A DNA stretch of 64,000 bases from a virus (IMGVR_UViG_3300014204_000130:32001-96000); one strand, 5' to 3'; numbered from the stretch's first letter, positions 50,789 to 62,828 are shown. Numbers and translations: made by a program. The notes: generated from the sequence alone by a model not told the origin.

Positions 50789-52444
50789 TCAGTTCGCTTC
50801 TGCCAACGCTTTTTCTATGTCTGAATCATCCATAGCATCAGGGTTTACAGCCGTTGTGTTTACCAACGTTGGGACATCCTCAATACCGATTTCGTAATTT
50901 ATGTCGGATTCTTTTCGAACTCGATCAGGAAATTTGTCCAACGTTGGACGGTCCACTACTTCGACGATTGGATTGGTATTTTTTACGGTTTTCGTTTCGA
51001 TATTCTTATAATCTCCCGCTTCTTTTGCGAATTCAAATTCATCTTCAATCCAATTCATCTTGTAGAATTCTGGAATAATATATGTTATCAATCGAACTCC
51101 AGAACGTACTTTAAACTCACGAGCTGTCAATCGACCTTCAATAGTATTTCCATCGGTTCCTTTATGAATATGCAATTTATCTGAATCGCTTTGTTCTATT
51201 GCAATCAACAAATCTGCAATCGAAGAAGCTTTATCGGAAGATGCACCTGTTTCGTCGGAAATCTTCTTTGCTCCCCGATTTGTCTGTTGAGCACTGAATA
51301 TTACACACTTATGTTTTCTTGCAATTGATTTCATTTTTGTATACAAATGAGCTTGAGATTTCCAATCTTGTTCTACAACATTCTTCAATCCAGAAATCAT
51401 ATCTCCGATGTAATCCACAACCACTAGATCAGGTTTGAATGGATTATCGGAAATTATTTTATCCACAACTGCCGGAGAACAATTTTCAGGAACCCCATAA
51501 ATCATGAGATCTGTATCATTGTTTCCATAATCTTTAATCTTATCCCGCCAACTTTGTAACTTTGCAGGACTCTCAACGATATGAGCCAAAGAGAATTCTT
51601 CGGTATGTTTGAACTTTGTAATATGTGAATCCATACGAAATGCATACTCATTGGCAGACATCTCAATTGTGATTATGATGACCTTAATTCCTTTAACTTT
51701 ACCCTTTTGTTCAGGTTTGTGAAATGCTCTTGAATATACTCCACAATAATTACTGAGTGCAACTCCCATCAAAAACATCGACTTGCCCATATTTGTTCTT
51801 GCTTGAAACATGGCAAATGAACCGGGTTTCAATGGAGGGTTGAAATTGTCAAAGTTCTTGAATCCGGTCCAAACTACTCCAGCTTGTTCCGGATTATTCT
51901 TCAGTTCTTGTAAGTATAATATGCGCTGCTCAATGTTTCCTTTTAATGAAACCAATTCAATATTAGAATCATAATTTATGGATTTCTTGATAATATCAAT
52001 TTTCAATTCTAAGTCTTGAACGGATTCCTTAGATGTTTTAACACCCACTTCCGCAACAGTTTGTGCCATCGCTTTAACAATTTTTCTATTGTGGGAATGC
52101 TCTTTTAATTGTTGAGCATATGAGATACAATCAATATCTGCAATCTTACTTTCTTTAATTTCCAACAAAGATGCTTTAATCTTTACCTTGTCTTCATCTC
52201 CTATTTCTGGAAGCCCTATTGCAAAATTATAGAAGCCAGAGAACGACACAAGGTTATTAGTTTTTAAATATTCGTCGTTGAGGATATTGTAAATTTGTCT
52301 ATAATTTGGGAATGCAAAATCTTCAACTTCGACCAGTCCACGAATGATTTCAAATGTAGTTACACCATATTTGAAAATAGCAAACAGTAAAGAAGATTCA
52401 ACATGTTTGTTTTCAGTTTTTCTATTATCTCTTTGTTCGGACAT
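50789..52444 (-). CDS. dnaB: DnaB-like replicative helicase
   Basis: ARTNMGKS, ITIEMS, VVVDYI, SAQQTNR, KVR. Confidence 0.9.
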   Translation of the reverse strand: MSEQRDNRKTENKHVESSLLFAIFKYGVTTFEIIRGLVEVEDFAFPNYRQIYNILNDEYLKTNNLVSFSGFYNFAIGLPEIGDEDKVKIKASLLEIKESKIADIDCISYAQQLKEHSHNRKIVKAMAQTVAEVGVKTSKESVQDLELKIDIIKKSINYDSNIELVSLKGNIEQRILYLQELKNNPEQAGVVWTGFKNFDNFNPPLKPGSFAMFQARTNMGKSMFLMGVALSNYCGVYSRAFHKPEQKGKVKGIKVIIITIEMSANEYAFRMDSHITKFKHTEEFSLAHIVESPAKLQSWRDKIKDYGNNDTDLMIYGVPENCSPAVVDKIISDNPFKPDLVVVDYIGDMISGLKNVVEQDWKSQAHLYTKMKSIARKHKCVIFSAQQTNRGAKKISDETGASSDKASSIADLLIAIEQSDSDKLHIHKGTDGNTIEGRLTAREFKVRSGVRLITYIIPEFYKMNWIEDEFEFAKEAGDYKNIETKTVKNTNPIVEVVDRPTLDKFPDRVRKESDINYEIGIEDVPTLVNTTAVNPDAMDDSDIEKALAEAN

Positions 52445-53372
52445 TGGTAGGTCGATCCTTTCCAATGTTATCCAAACTTGTATCTTCTGGAATATTTGCA
52501 ATTGGAACAATTGAATTTTTTACTGAAATGGTTTTCGATTCGCTCAATTTAAAACAATTAGCTAAGTCTGGATCACTCGATGATAGTTTTGCAATCGGAG
52601 AGTGTTTGAACTTACCAGAAATCGTTTGAACTTCGATTGGTAGATAATTGTTCTCAATGATGGTCGCCAAAGATCCCTGAAAAGTTGAATGTAACTGCTT
52701 CCGGGTATAATTGGTTGCAATGATCGTAAACCGACCATGAGTTTTACGATCATTTAAAAATTCAGTCATTTTATTATAAGCAAATCCTCCAAGTGCAAAC
52801 TTCTCAGTTTCAGTAAGATTGAATGCATCTATCAATAAAATAGGGATATTTAATAACTTATCCCTAAGTTTTGCTCGTTCAATGTTTGTTTCTGTTTTAT
52901 CTTTTTCAAAATTAAACACGGTATCTTTTAATCTTGCAAAATCGATTGATGCACCTTCATATTCTAAATCGATCAACCTTTTAAACAAAATTGTTGCAGC
53001 ACTTCCAGATCCATATGATATTCCATCATCATGGATATAAACAGCCAGAGAGTATTTTAAAACCAAAAATTGAATTTTGTTATATATTTGCTGGAATCTT
53101 TTGTAAAATTCTGGAACAGCAATGATTTTCAAATCTGCCAATGTATGTTCAATGTAATCATTGTTTATATTACATTTAAGATAATCAATAATCTTATACA
53201 ACTTACCAGTACACTCTGGACAATCTCGAAAATATGTTCCATCTTCTTTTTCAATTACGACATGTCCCTTACCACCACATTCTTTATTTGGACAAATCTT
53301 TTTAAGCTCATCCAACATTTTTTTACATTTTGCAAATTGTTCTGGAGAATCAAACGTAATTTCTTTTCTCAT
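52425..53372 (-). CDS. DnaC/DnaI-like helicase loader with degenerate Walker A
   Basis: N-terminal Cys pairs; ILLIDAF, R...TIIATN; no GKT. Confidence 0.6.
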   Translation of the reverse strand: MRKEITFDSPEQFAKCKKMLDELKKICPNKECGGKGHVVIEKEDGTYFRDCPECTGKLYKIIDYLKCNINNDYIEHTLADLKIIAVPEFYKRFQQIYNKIQFLVLKYSLAVYIHDDGISYGSGSAATILFKRLIDLEYEGASIDFARLKDTVFNFEKDKTETNIERAKLRDKLLNIPILLIDAFNLTETEKFALGGFAYNKMTEFLNDRKTHGRFTIIATNYTRKQLHSTFQGSLATIIENNYLPIEVQTISGKFKHSPIAKLSSSDPDLANCFKLSESKTISVKNSIVPIANIPEDTSLDNIGKDRPTNVRTKR

Positions 53373-53851
53373 GATATCCTTCCGAGAATCTTTTCAATGA
53401 ATTCCTTCGAATTTATCACACACGATTCGCGATCCTTCTGAACTTTCAGATATTCAATGAGACTATAAATGATATCCTTTCGTTGAAACATTATCATTCG
53501 CAAATCCAAACAAAGATCAGAATTCAATTTTGCTTGGTTATGCTTTTCTTTTAATTTAGAATATTCCTCTTGATAAATTGCAATTACTTGATTGTCAATT
53601 CCATCCTTTGTTATGTTCTTTACTGAATTTTTATCCAGATTTTTCTTAACAGATACTCGTCTATCTGCCATAAACTTCTCAAATTCCAAATCAATATTAT
53701 TGAATGCTTTTTCAAATTCAGCACGCAATTCTACAAGTTCAATTAGCGTTTGCTGAGTTTTATTGGCTTCAATTAAAGCTTCCTGAATACTGGCGACATT
53801 ATCCAAGAAAATACGGTTTAAATCACAATATTTCTTCAGTCGAGAATCCAT
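53369..53851 (-). CDS. UvsY-like helical recombination mediator
   Basis: 160-aa all-helical protein with IT...ID...Y...QRKD pattern; context. Confidence 0.45.
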   Translation of the reverse strand: MDSRLKKYCDLNRIFLDNVASIQEALIEANKTQQTLIELVELRAEFEKAFNNIDLEFEKFMADRRVSVKKNLDKNSVKNITKDGIDNQVIAIYQEEYSKLKEKHNQAKLNSDLCLDLRMIMFQRKDIIYSLIEYLKVQKDRESCVINSKEFIEKILGRIS

Positions 53852-53891
53852 GTGGCATCTTACACCTTTCTCATATAATTATCAAGGAGAA

Positions 53892-56201
53892 TTACCACAA
53901 ATCCATTCTACCCTGCCGAGAGTTCGCCATCTTCTTTGTCGATCCAAAGTCCTTATAGCGGGACCAATCCGTTTTGGGGAAGACGGATTCTAATATCCTC
54001 TCCAAAGCCGGGTAAAGTTTCTTGGCCCAAAAATAAAGTCTGTCGAATTTTCCATCGAAAAATCGGGCGGCCTTTGGAATTGGTTTTCCTTCTCGATCTT
54101 GAGATTCTATGAAATAATCAATTTTGTCTCCTACATAGACTTGGATTCCCTTACTCCGGAGATCTTCAACGACTTTCAAATGTGCAAGATCAACTGCATA
54201 CTCTTCAACTTCCTTTGTAAGTTTTTGAGCAATCTTTATCATTTCAATGTCGTTCAATTGATAAAGAACGAAATTGCGAAGTTTATGAATTAAATCCTTC
54301 ATTTGTGTTTCAGATGTATCCCCATCCAAACATTTAATGATCAACGCCTTCTGTTCTTGTTTAAGCAACTTACTTGAATCAGTCCTAACGTATTCAAGTC
54401 CTTTAACATATAATTGAGATGGAATTTCTTTCCCATCCATATATGTCAAATAACCAGCATATCGTTTCTTTGCTTTCAAGATCATTAACTTCTTGAATGT
54501 TTTATCGTGTTCCATTGAAAGATGGCTTACATCGCAATTGAATTGATTTATTACTTTATCTTTACAGATAGCATTTATCTTTTCTACAATCCCTGGGATT
54601 GCATTTCTATCTTTTATAGATAAAAACAAGGAATCTGTATCTCCTGCAAGTATCTTATGTCCAATTGATTCCAAATATGATGCAATTGTCTTTGTAAAAA
54701 ATTGTCCTCCAAGTGTTGTAGATTCTGCAATTCGAACATCGTAGAATCTTGAAGTCCTCAATCCCATAGCTCCATAGAACGACAATGCAAATGCCTTGAA
54801 TGCATATGCAGAACGTTCTGCATTTTTATATTCAACACTTGATTTGTCAGAGCATGATTTCATAATTCCCTTATATTTGTCACGCATGTTGGAAATATTC
54901 ATCATCAATTTTGGAATAATCCCAATCATATCTTTTCGGAATTTATGTCCGGCTGGAGTAGTAATTGTCAAATTCTCCGGAACATTCATTTCTTTTTCAA
55001 TGATTGTATCTGGTGAAATATTAAACGTTTGAACAACTGTGACGTACAACGCATGGAAATCAAGAACATTTACATCTTCATATACTCCAGAAACTGGATT
55101 AAATACAATTGCCCCTTCAAATGATCCTTCATCGTCTAATTCTTCTTGTGATTGTTTAACTTTTGTTTTGAAATGAAACAATTGATCTTCATAAGTTTGC
55201 CTTAGCAACAAATTATCAATTTTCCGAGTAATGTATATGTCATCACACGGACACTTACCAACTAGATTCATCTCTCTTGCTATTGAAAGAAATTTGGTTT
55301 TCGCTTCGATTTCAAACATTCTACGAACATCTATCAGATTGTATTCCCGGAGTTTCGGTTTATTACACAAGAACAATTCGAATATCTTTTCCTCATGTTC
55401 CATCTTACCTTCACCTGTTACGGCTTTAGCAACATAGTCCAGAGAATAACTTGGAAGTTGAGGTCCAAGTTTCTTGTAAATCTGCATATGATCTTGAAGG
55501 AATTTCTTTCTCCAATCTATTTGAATACCATACATTGCAAATCTGGTTTTCAATACAGGAGCATCAAATCCAAGTAAGTTCCATCCGCAAAGAACGTCGT
55601 ATGTTGCTATTACTCTTGCTATAAGTTCCAGAACTTCTTTTTCATGTTCATCTGATCTGGATTTTGCACATACCCATGCTTCTTTACCCGTAATAAAATC
55701 TTTGAATGCACAGGATAATACTTTACATCTTGAAGGATCTATCTGACCTGTAAGATGCTCATCGTCCGTTTCAATATCCAACCCGACTATCTTGAATTCC
55801 GATTCAAATTGAATGTCATTGTCGATCATCCAACGTTTATGCACCAACAAATCAGCTTCATATGTTTGGATATTTCTTGATCGTAAAAGTTCTTTCACTT
55901 CAAAGAATTCTCGATCCCGATATTCCCATACGAAATTACAATCTTTATCAAGCAACTCCGATGCATGTGTTCTGTCAATATAAACCCGAGTATAATGAGA
56001 CTCTTGTTCATACTTTACAACTTTACGCTGTTCTTTCAACAATGTGAACGTGGAACGATGAGTTTCATAATCTGAATTCTTTACAAAGAAATACCAATCG
56101 AATTTGGCTTCTCCAAGATTGGTTCGTTTGGTTTCTTCATCACGATACACGTATTTGACTTTATTATGGCCCGCGTCCCAAGCCCGCATTATCTTATGCA
56201 T
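53892..56201 (-). CDS. polB: Family B DNA polymerase
   Basis: Exonuclease DIETD, GWN..GFD, YNLID; polymerase DFHALY, K..ALSFYG, GDTDS, KKRYA, KGLEYVR. Confidence 0.95.
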   Translation of the reverse strand: MHKIMRAWDAGHNKVKYVYRDEETKRTNLGEAKFDWYFFVKNSDYETHRSTFTLLKEQRKVVKYEQESHYTRVYIDRTHASELLDKDCNFVWEYRDREFFEVKELLRSRNIQTYEADLLVHKRWMIDNDIQFESEFKIVGLDIETDDEHLTGQIDPSRCKVLSCAFKDFITGKEAWVCAKSRSDEHEKEVLELIARVIATYDVLCGWNLLGFDAPVLKTRFAMYGIQIDWRKKFLQDHMQIYKKLGPQLPSYSLDYVAKAVTGEGKMEHEEKIFELFLCNKPKLREYNLIDVRRMFEIEAKTKFLSIAREMNLVGKCPCDDIYITRKIDNLLLRQTYEDQLFHFKTKVKQSQEELDDEGSFEGAIVFNPVSGVYEDVNVLDFHALYVTVVQTFNISPDTIIEKEMNVPENLTITTPAGHKFRKDMIGIIPKLMMNISNMRDKYKGIMKSCSDKSSVEYKNAERSAYAFKAFALSFYGAMGLRTSRFYDVRIAESTTLGGQFFTKTIASYLESIGHKILAGDTDSLFLSIKDRNAIPGIVEKINAICKDKVINQFNCDVSHLSMEHDKTFKKLMILKAKKRYAGYLTYMDGKEIPSQLYVKGLEYVRTDSSKLLKQEQKALIIKCLDGDTSETQMKDLIHKLRNFVLYQLNDIEMIKIAQKLTKEVEEYAVDLAHLKVVEDLRSKGIQVYVGDKIDYFIESQDREGKPIPKAARFFDGKFDRLYFWAKKLYPALERILESVFPKTDWSRYKDFGSTKKMANSRQGRMDLW

Positions 56202-56559
56202 CAGAATTTTCCACACCTTTCATTAGAACTATGAATCTCTCCACATCCACAACGATATGGTTTCTTTTTTTGTGTTGGATCAATATCCAATACAAGCTCC
56301 AAAAGCGTTAATTGTTCTGCCAATCCGGTTGCTGCAACGTCAGAACCAGAAATCGTTAATTCGGCTGGAATTACTTTCCTCATGAAAATTAGTAGGTTTT
56401 CGGAAGCAGTTTCCACATTTCGTAATCTATGTTCCAATTCATGAATCTTCTTTCCACATTCACCATGAACTTTATCATTCTCATCCCAATATCGATTCAT
56501 CTTATTCAACTCCATTTGTTCAATCTTCAGTTTCGTAAGTACAAGTCTTTGGTTATGAT

Positions 56560-56916
56560 TCATTCTTCCACTTCGATTTCATCTTCGGATTCGTCCAACG
56601 TTGGACTGTCATCTTCTTCGATCTCGATCTTTTTCACAACTTCAAAATCCGACATTTCCCGAGGACGTTTTCCAAAGCGATAGGGAAACAATGGACATGT
56701 CGGAACTGTACATTTTTCCACTTCGGAATATTGATATCCCGCGCAATCCAAACACTTTGCCCGGATTGCCTTGATGGGAGTTTTCAGATCAATCCCAGAT
56801 GCTATTAGATTTTCCCGCTGTTCCGCTCCCGCCTTCCGGGTGAGTTGGGCCTTCCGCTGCATTTCAATGCGCTGTTCTGGTGTAATTGATGCTAAGCCTT
56901 TTGGTTTCTGATTCAT
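56560..56916 (-). CDS. Conserved small Zn-binding phage protein
   Basis: TPIKAIRAKCLDC...EVEKC...CPLFPYRFG. Confidence 0.65.
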   Translation of the reverse strand: MNQKPKGLASITPEQRIEMQRKAQLTRKAGAEQRENLIASGIDLKTPIKAIRAKCLDCAGYQYSEVEKCTVPTCPLFPYRFGKRPREMSDFEVVKKIEIEEDDSPTLDESEDEIEVEE

Positions 56917-57083
56917 TTATGCTACTCCATTTATCTTTGGTATTTGTGACATTACTCTTAAAAACAAGTGACATGCTTCTTCACTATCAAACACAGCCAA
57001 TTGATATTTATCCGTTTTAGTTATTTTGAATTCCGTTGCTAACAAAACCCATTGAGATTCATAATTTTTCGTAATTTCAAAAT

Positions 57084-57559
57084 TCATTTCTTTTTACCTT
57101 TCTCTTCCATCTTTTTAAAACTCAATGCGATTGATTCAACGGCAAAATCGTATAAGATTATAATCCACGCAAAGACAGACTTGATCGTATCCCAACCATT
57201 CCAACTTGTAACTCGTTTATTGCTATGGATATCATACCATCCATCTCCAAATGTTTGATCTTTATTTAACCATCGAATAACTGGAGCACAGATCAAACCA
57301 ATCAACATGTAAATAAGCATGTAAAATATTGGAGTGGATAGAAATTGATACAACATCATTTCTTTTCACCTTTATTTTCGAATGTTTTCAACCAATCGGA
57401 TGCAAATGCGATTCCATAATGTATGAATAATATGGGCCAAAGACCAATGGTTACTACTGTATCCATAACATTCCACTTGTAATCTGTATATGAAGAATCC
57501 TTTCTACTCCATCGTATGAACGGTGCGGTAATCACACCAAGGATGAAATACAGAATCAA
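57084..57559 (-). CDS. Two tandem paralogous small membrane proteins (57084-57359 and 57356-57559)
   Basis: Shared AP.IRW..KD...DT...W...KG.KK pattern. Confidence 0.55.
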
Positions 57560-58723
57560 TCAATAGATTGTCATTTCTTCGATAGACATATTATTCCTTT
57601 AGATCTGAAAGTCTTTCGGCTAATACTATTAAAACCATCGCTATGTAAATTTCCACACCCAATTTCCAATTATCCAATCCACCTTGGGAAATAATACATA
57701 GCAAACAAGCAATCGTTCGGAACATACAAGCAACACTTTTCTTCATCTCATATTCTCCGGTCTTCCAATAGCTTTCCAAAAGATTTTTGCCGCCTTATTC
57801 GGACTGCCATGTAATTTAGCTTTGCCGTCCTTCAGCGATATTTCTACCAATATCTTCCCGTCCTGATCCACAATGTTAAACGATTTCGGCCTTACCATGT
57901 AATTTTTTACCCGAAAGTCATCGTTGGGAACCATAAATGTAGCTGTATCAAACAATGTCGTATTTGTGGTTGAGTCATGAATTATTCTGCAATACTTTCC
58001 CGACAACACATCGTATATTTTATCCTCTGTTTCCAATAAGTCTTTGTATGCTTTGGTTAATCTCTTTGCCGCTGAATTTGTAGCCTTCAACGACGCAATC
58101 AACTTAGTTTGTACTTCTTCCAAACTCCATTCATGTTGTTTCGGTTCAACACTCAACAACCAGCAAAACCAACTGAGCTGACATAATATTGTTAATATCA
58201 TAATGTTTTCACCAAGTATTCCATGAGTGCTTTCTTATCCTTATAATCCTTATAAGCACTCAAGATGAATGGTTGCCTCTTTTTAATTTCAGATTTCATA
58301 TCTTCAAATACCTTATCGTCTTCCCAATCTCCATAAGTCTCGAAGTGTCGTTTCAATGTCTCTATATTGTCTTCGTATTCTTCATCAGTCATGGTTTCTT
58401 AACCTTTGTTTCTTTTCCACTCCAAGGATTCTTAATTGTAATTGGTTGTTTTGAAACCAATCCACAATGATCTACAATCCACATTGCACAAAATTCTTCT
58501 TGGCATTTCTCAGAATCTTTTTCAAAATCACAACTTGAAATCATACATCCCATTGCTAAGAACGGACACATCTTTTTCATTTCAATCCACCTTTACTTTT
58601 GGATACTTAATTTTTATTTCACTTGTTCCAACTTTTAAACAGACATTAAGCGATTTAATCTCAAATGTCATTGGACATGAAATATCAATTGATACACTTT
58701 CAGAGTTTTCGTGACATATTCAC

Positions 58724-59575
58724 TCATTTCAATCCCCCAAGCATATTAGCAATGAATACGTTCTTGATTGCAGCATAGTTCATATTGGCCTGAGTGGAAG
58801 CCATGATATCAATATTGATCCATGCTTTCTTTTCTTGAACCATTTCCCAAACTTTCTGATATATCATTTCAGGATCTCCATCGAATGCCAATCCAAATCG
58901 TTGATCCTTTGACATTCCCATCAGTTTCTCCCATGTCATTGAATCCCATGTTGCATTGTCCTGAGATGAATTTCCCTCCAACATGTTAAGAGCCGCCCGG
59001 ATATCCCCATTGGCTTTCTTGGCAATGGCAATCAACTTCTTATCGTCGAATCCAAGATTCTCGGAAACGTTAATCTTTTTCAATCGCTTCGCCAATGTAA
59101 CGATATCGACTCCAGAAACTTCATACTTTACAAACCTAGAAAGCATTGCCGGAATAAGTTTGTAAACTTGATTACATGCAAAGATGAATCTGGTTGTCTT
59201 GTGATATGTTTCGATCAAACGTCTGAAACATGCTTGTGCTTCCGGAGTTAGATAATCTGCTTCATCCATGAAGATAATTTTATAAGGAAATCCAAACTGG
59301 GTTGTTTTGCATAATGAAGTGACTTTTTCACGAATGACATCAATTCCACGATCTGAAGATGCATTGATTTCATAAAAGAAGTTTGATTTCTTATCTCCAT
59401 AAATTTCATTTCCAATCACATGTGCGATGGAAGTTTTCCCAGTGCCTTGGGGTCCGTAGAATAAGATATGTGGAATTCCATCGGGAGATGCCATTTGCTT
59501 CTTGATATCTTCAATGATATTATCCCGACAAATGATATCTGTGAACAACAATGGGCGAAACTTTTCTGTTAGCAT
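58724..59575 (-). CDS. Clamp loader small subunit (RFC/gp44-like)
   Basis: EKFRP, GPQGTGKT, NASSDRGIDVIR, MDEAD, SRF, GDIR. Confidence 0.92.
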   Translation of the reverse strand: MLTEKFRPLLFTDIICRDNIIEDIKKQMASPDGIPHILFYGPQGTGKTSIAHVIGNEIYGDKKSNFFYEINASSDRGIDVIREKVTSLCKTTQFGFPYKIIFMDEADYLTPEAQACFRRLIETYHKTTRFIFACNQVYKLIPAMLSRFVKYEVSGVDIVTLAKRLKKINVSENLGFDDKKLIAIAKKANGDIRAALNMLEGNSSQDNATWDSMTWEKLMGMSKDQRFGLAFDGDPEMIYQKVWEMVQEKKAWINIDIMASTQANMNYAAIKNVFIANMLGGLK

Positions 59576-59991
59576 TTAATTTCAATCCTTATTAGAAATC
59601 TTCCAATTTGGAGAAAGAATTTCTCCAATTAGAACTGGCTCAAACTTTTCACGATTATCCAATTCCAATCGTCGAAGGTTTGTATATGTAATTTTAATAT
59701 CATCAAAAGATCCTCGACATTTTTCGATCCAAAATGGAACTCCATTTATATCACGACATTTTTCGATGATTCTATAAATCGAAGACATTACCATCTTCTC
59801 AACCGCGTAATTTGATTCCATTATTTCATTTCCATTTCTTATCAGTTTTATTGAATCGAACATACGATTCATCGGGAGCATCTTCAAGTTCAATTTCATG
59901 AAGGCAGACAATGCAGATATTTCCAATATGTATCTTTGGGAGAGCCTTGCCACACACTTCACATTTCTTGGCTTTGATTTCTTCAGACATG

Positions 59992-60960
59992 TTATTTTCC
60001 ATACTCCAAGTTGATTACTTTGAATGAAAGACGTTCACCCATGATAGTTTCTTCTTCGATAGGCCGAAACACTAATCCTTCCCGTGGTTTATCGTTTGGA
60101 TAATTCCCCTTCGCCATATCCTGTAACCATTTGTTGGATACATCTTCAGGAAATGTTCCAACAAGATCAACAACCACCATTGGAAGTTGATTTAATCTGC
60201 AAAACTCCGTCAATTCCAGATAGCCGCAGTATTTGTGCTCTTCAATACTGTAAAGATTGAATACTCGCAAATCTTTCTCAGGGAGTCCCATCGGATTACC
60301 CTGAATACTTGGTCCAACCATTTCAAATTGAATAGCATATCCTTCAGGAAGCTTGTTAACAAGATCATACTTTCTTGCAAGACACCAAATCAAATTATGT
60401 GGGGTGTCTTTCATTGAAAGATTTCTTGAACAACAAAACATTTCCCCTTTGTATTTTCCAATGGTTCCTGAACTCCCATCGGCCTTCACAGATGCATAGT
60501 ACGATTTACCTTTCAATGCATCTACAAGATGAGAAGCCGTTTGGAAGTTTGGTTCGTCTGTCTTTGGCATGAAACCGGGGAAGTTACCAAGTGCATCGCC
60601 AGCAATACTTGGATCAATTGGTTTCTCATACTTGATGACTTTCATTGCATCACCAATATCATCACCAATTGTCATATCACAACCAACATTCGGCATGATG
60701 AGAACTTCCGACGCAACACCTTTGAACTTGCACATGGTTACACGGAACTTTCGTTTCCTCATGAATTCAAACCGTTCAAGTTCTGGAACAATTGCATCTG
60801 GAAGATATACTTCAACATAGTCACCAATTTGCATTTCTTTGCTGACAACACCATGCCATTTCCCACCCTGACCGCAAACTACTTCAGCTTGAACGATCTT
60901 GTCTGCATCTTTAATAGGATTGATGTTGATGATCTTACCGATGAATGCTAAACCTTTCAT
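59992..60960 (-). CDS. ATP-dependent RNA ligase (Rnl2/DRB0094-like)
   Basis: N-terminal PI..ADKI OB-like module; PKTDE, KADGSS, CSRN, REGLVFR, SFKVIN. Confidence 0.88.
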   Translation of the reverse strand: MKGLAFIGKIININPIKDADKIVQAEVVCGQGGKWHGVVSKEMQIGDYVEVYLPDAIVPELERFEFMRKRKFRVTMCKFKGVASEVLIMPNVGCDMTIGDDIGDAMKVIKYEKPIDPSIAGDALGNFPGFMPKTDEPNFQTASHLVDALKGKSYYASVKADGSSGTIGKYKGEMFCCSRNLSMKDTPHNLIWCLARKYDLVNKLPEGYAIQFEMVGPSIQGNPMGLPEKDLRVFNLYSIEEHKYCGYLELTEFCRLNQLPMVVVDLVGTFPEDVSNKWLQDMAKGNYPNDKPREGLVFRPIEEETIMGERLSFKVINLEYGK

Positions 60961-61529
60961 GATTCTTCTTCCTCTTTCTTTTTTGGATATAGCCAATCGA
61001 ATCGCCAAATCTGTTCACATTTCATTTCAAATGCAATCTTTGCACAAACTACTTCATATTTCACACGATAATAATTCTTGCAAAGCCATTCAGTTACTTC
61101 TTGATTTGCTTTATTTTTAAACTTTGGATAATTACATGAGAAGATCATCATAAGAACATACAAACTATTCTTCGTATCTTTCAAGTAATTGTATAATAAT
61201 TCTCGATCATTGCATGAGAAAACATATTTTACAAGTTCAAATGGATTGACATCTTTCTGTGTATCTTCCGATAGTTTTGTAATTTTGTATTTCTTTGTCG
61301 ATGCGCGTTTACCTTTCAAAAGTTTGTAATCGTGAATTACAATTGTAAGATTAACTCCACTTTCAATAAGAAGATCAATGTCTTTCTTCTTCAAATTCAA
61401 TTCATCGGAATATGCAACAAGGTTTTTGTCTTTGGTCATGAAGTTCTTATTGATACTTGCGGAGGTTATCTCAGAGATTACGAAATCGTTCTTCTCAAGT
61501 TCATATTCTCCGTAAATGAAATGGATCAT
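60957..61529 (-). CDS. Possible clamp-loader accessory subunit
   Basis: IHFIYGE.E...NPFELV pattern; near the RFC gene; weak evidence. Confidence 0.35.
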   Translation of the reverse strand: MIHFIYGEYELEKNDFVISEITSASINKNFMTKDKNLVAYSDELNLKKKDIDLLIESGVNLTIVIHDYKLLKGKRASTKKYKITKLSEDTQKDVNPFELVKYVFSCNDRELLYNYLKDTKNSLYVLMMIFSCNYPKFKNKANQEVTEWLCKNYYRVKYEVVCAKIAFEMKCEQIWRFDWLYPKKKEEEES

Positions 61530-62828
61530 GAGAATTCCAGATGTGTTTTTATTGCTTTCTCTTGTTCAATTGATAGATCCATTGGAATTTGAAGCAATTT
61601 CAATCTTCGTTTGAGTTCTGTAACCTCACGATAATACGGTGTACAAATTTGACCACCTTGAGTTCCACATCCAAGTTGACAAGCATGACCATTGTTCGGA
61701 AATCCATTTGGTATGAACTGTGGGCATTCACCACATTTCTTATCAGTTGTTGAAATGTAACAACTACAATACGCCATACCATCCATGAATTCTGGTCTGA
61801 GGTCATTGAAAACAAGATCTTTTTTCACTCTATTTGTAGTCATATTATCTGTCCATCGACCATCTTTCAAAGAGATTCCACAATTTAATACATCCTACCA
61901 TTAAGATACTACCTCCAAGTATCAAAGTAAGCATAGCAGCAATCATGCAAAATGCTGCGAGTTGTGGCATGATGGAATTTAAACATGTTGATATCAATAT
62001 CATCGATAACGTAAATCCCAACAATCCAACTCCAATAATTATCAACAGTAAGTTTGGCAAATATCTTTTATATTTTTCAATCATTTTCATCTCCACGGTT
62101 TAATAATCAAAATTTCTGGAAGTTGGCCTTTGAAAATTCTATTTGAAAAATGTTCTTCCCATTCCAAATCCCATTCCAAACATGCTTGATGTTTGTCCGA
62201 CATAACCATATCTGCATTGCATCTCGGACAATGTATTCTTCGGTCCTGCCGACTGAATCTTTGAACAACATAATATTCATGCCCAAAGATCCAACATTTA
62301 AACTTGTTCCAAAATTGATTCATTCTTGTTCCTCATTATCGAATAAAAAATCATCTGCAAGTTTTATTCGAAGATAATCGGTAGATGTTTTTTCTTGAAC
62401 ATTTACTTCTATACACTGTTTCAAAGATTTTATCAATTTCAATGCATCCTGTTTAAATCGTTGATGTTTGCTTTTTAACTCATCCAATTCTATTTGGATT
62501 TTTTCTTTATCAATTGGAATATATGGTCTGGAAGTAAATCCACATTCACATGGATCTTCCCAACATTCTGGACATGCTGATTTTATTCCAATTGACATAT
62601 TACCAAAACCAAACCGTCTTAACAACTTGAACAAGAACTACAACAAATCCAACAGAAAATAATGTTGATATCAAAACATATGCAGCATATATGGCCGCAA
62701 GTATACATCCATCCTTCCAAGTATAGACAGTCTCCCGTGGTGTGAATCCACCCTGATTGATCTCCATTTTGGAACCTCCTTTTCGATGCTTTGATCTTAA
62801 CAGATATGCTAGAGAAACGCAAGGACTT

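Noticed and set aside
50789-56201. Inteins or introns in dnaB or polB
   Set aside because: Lengths are normal and motifs contiguous; no splice-junction motifs seen
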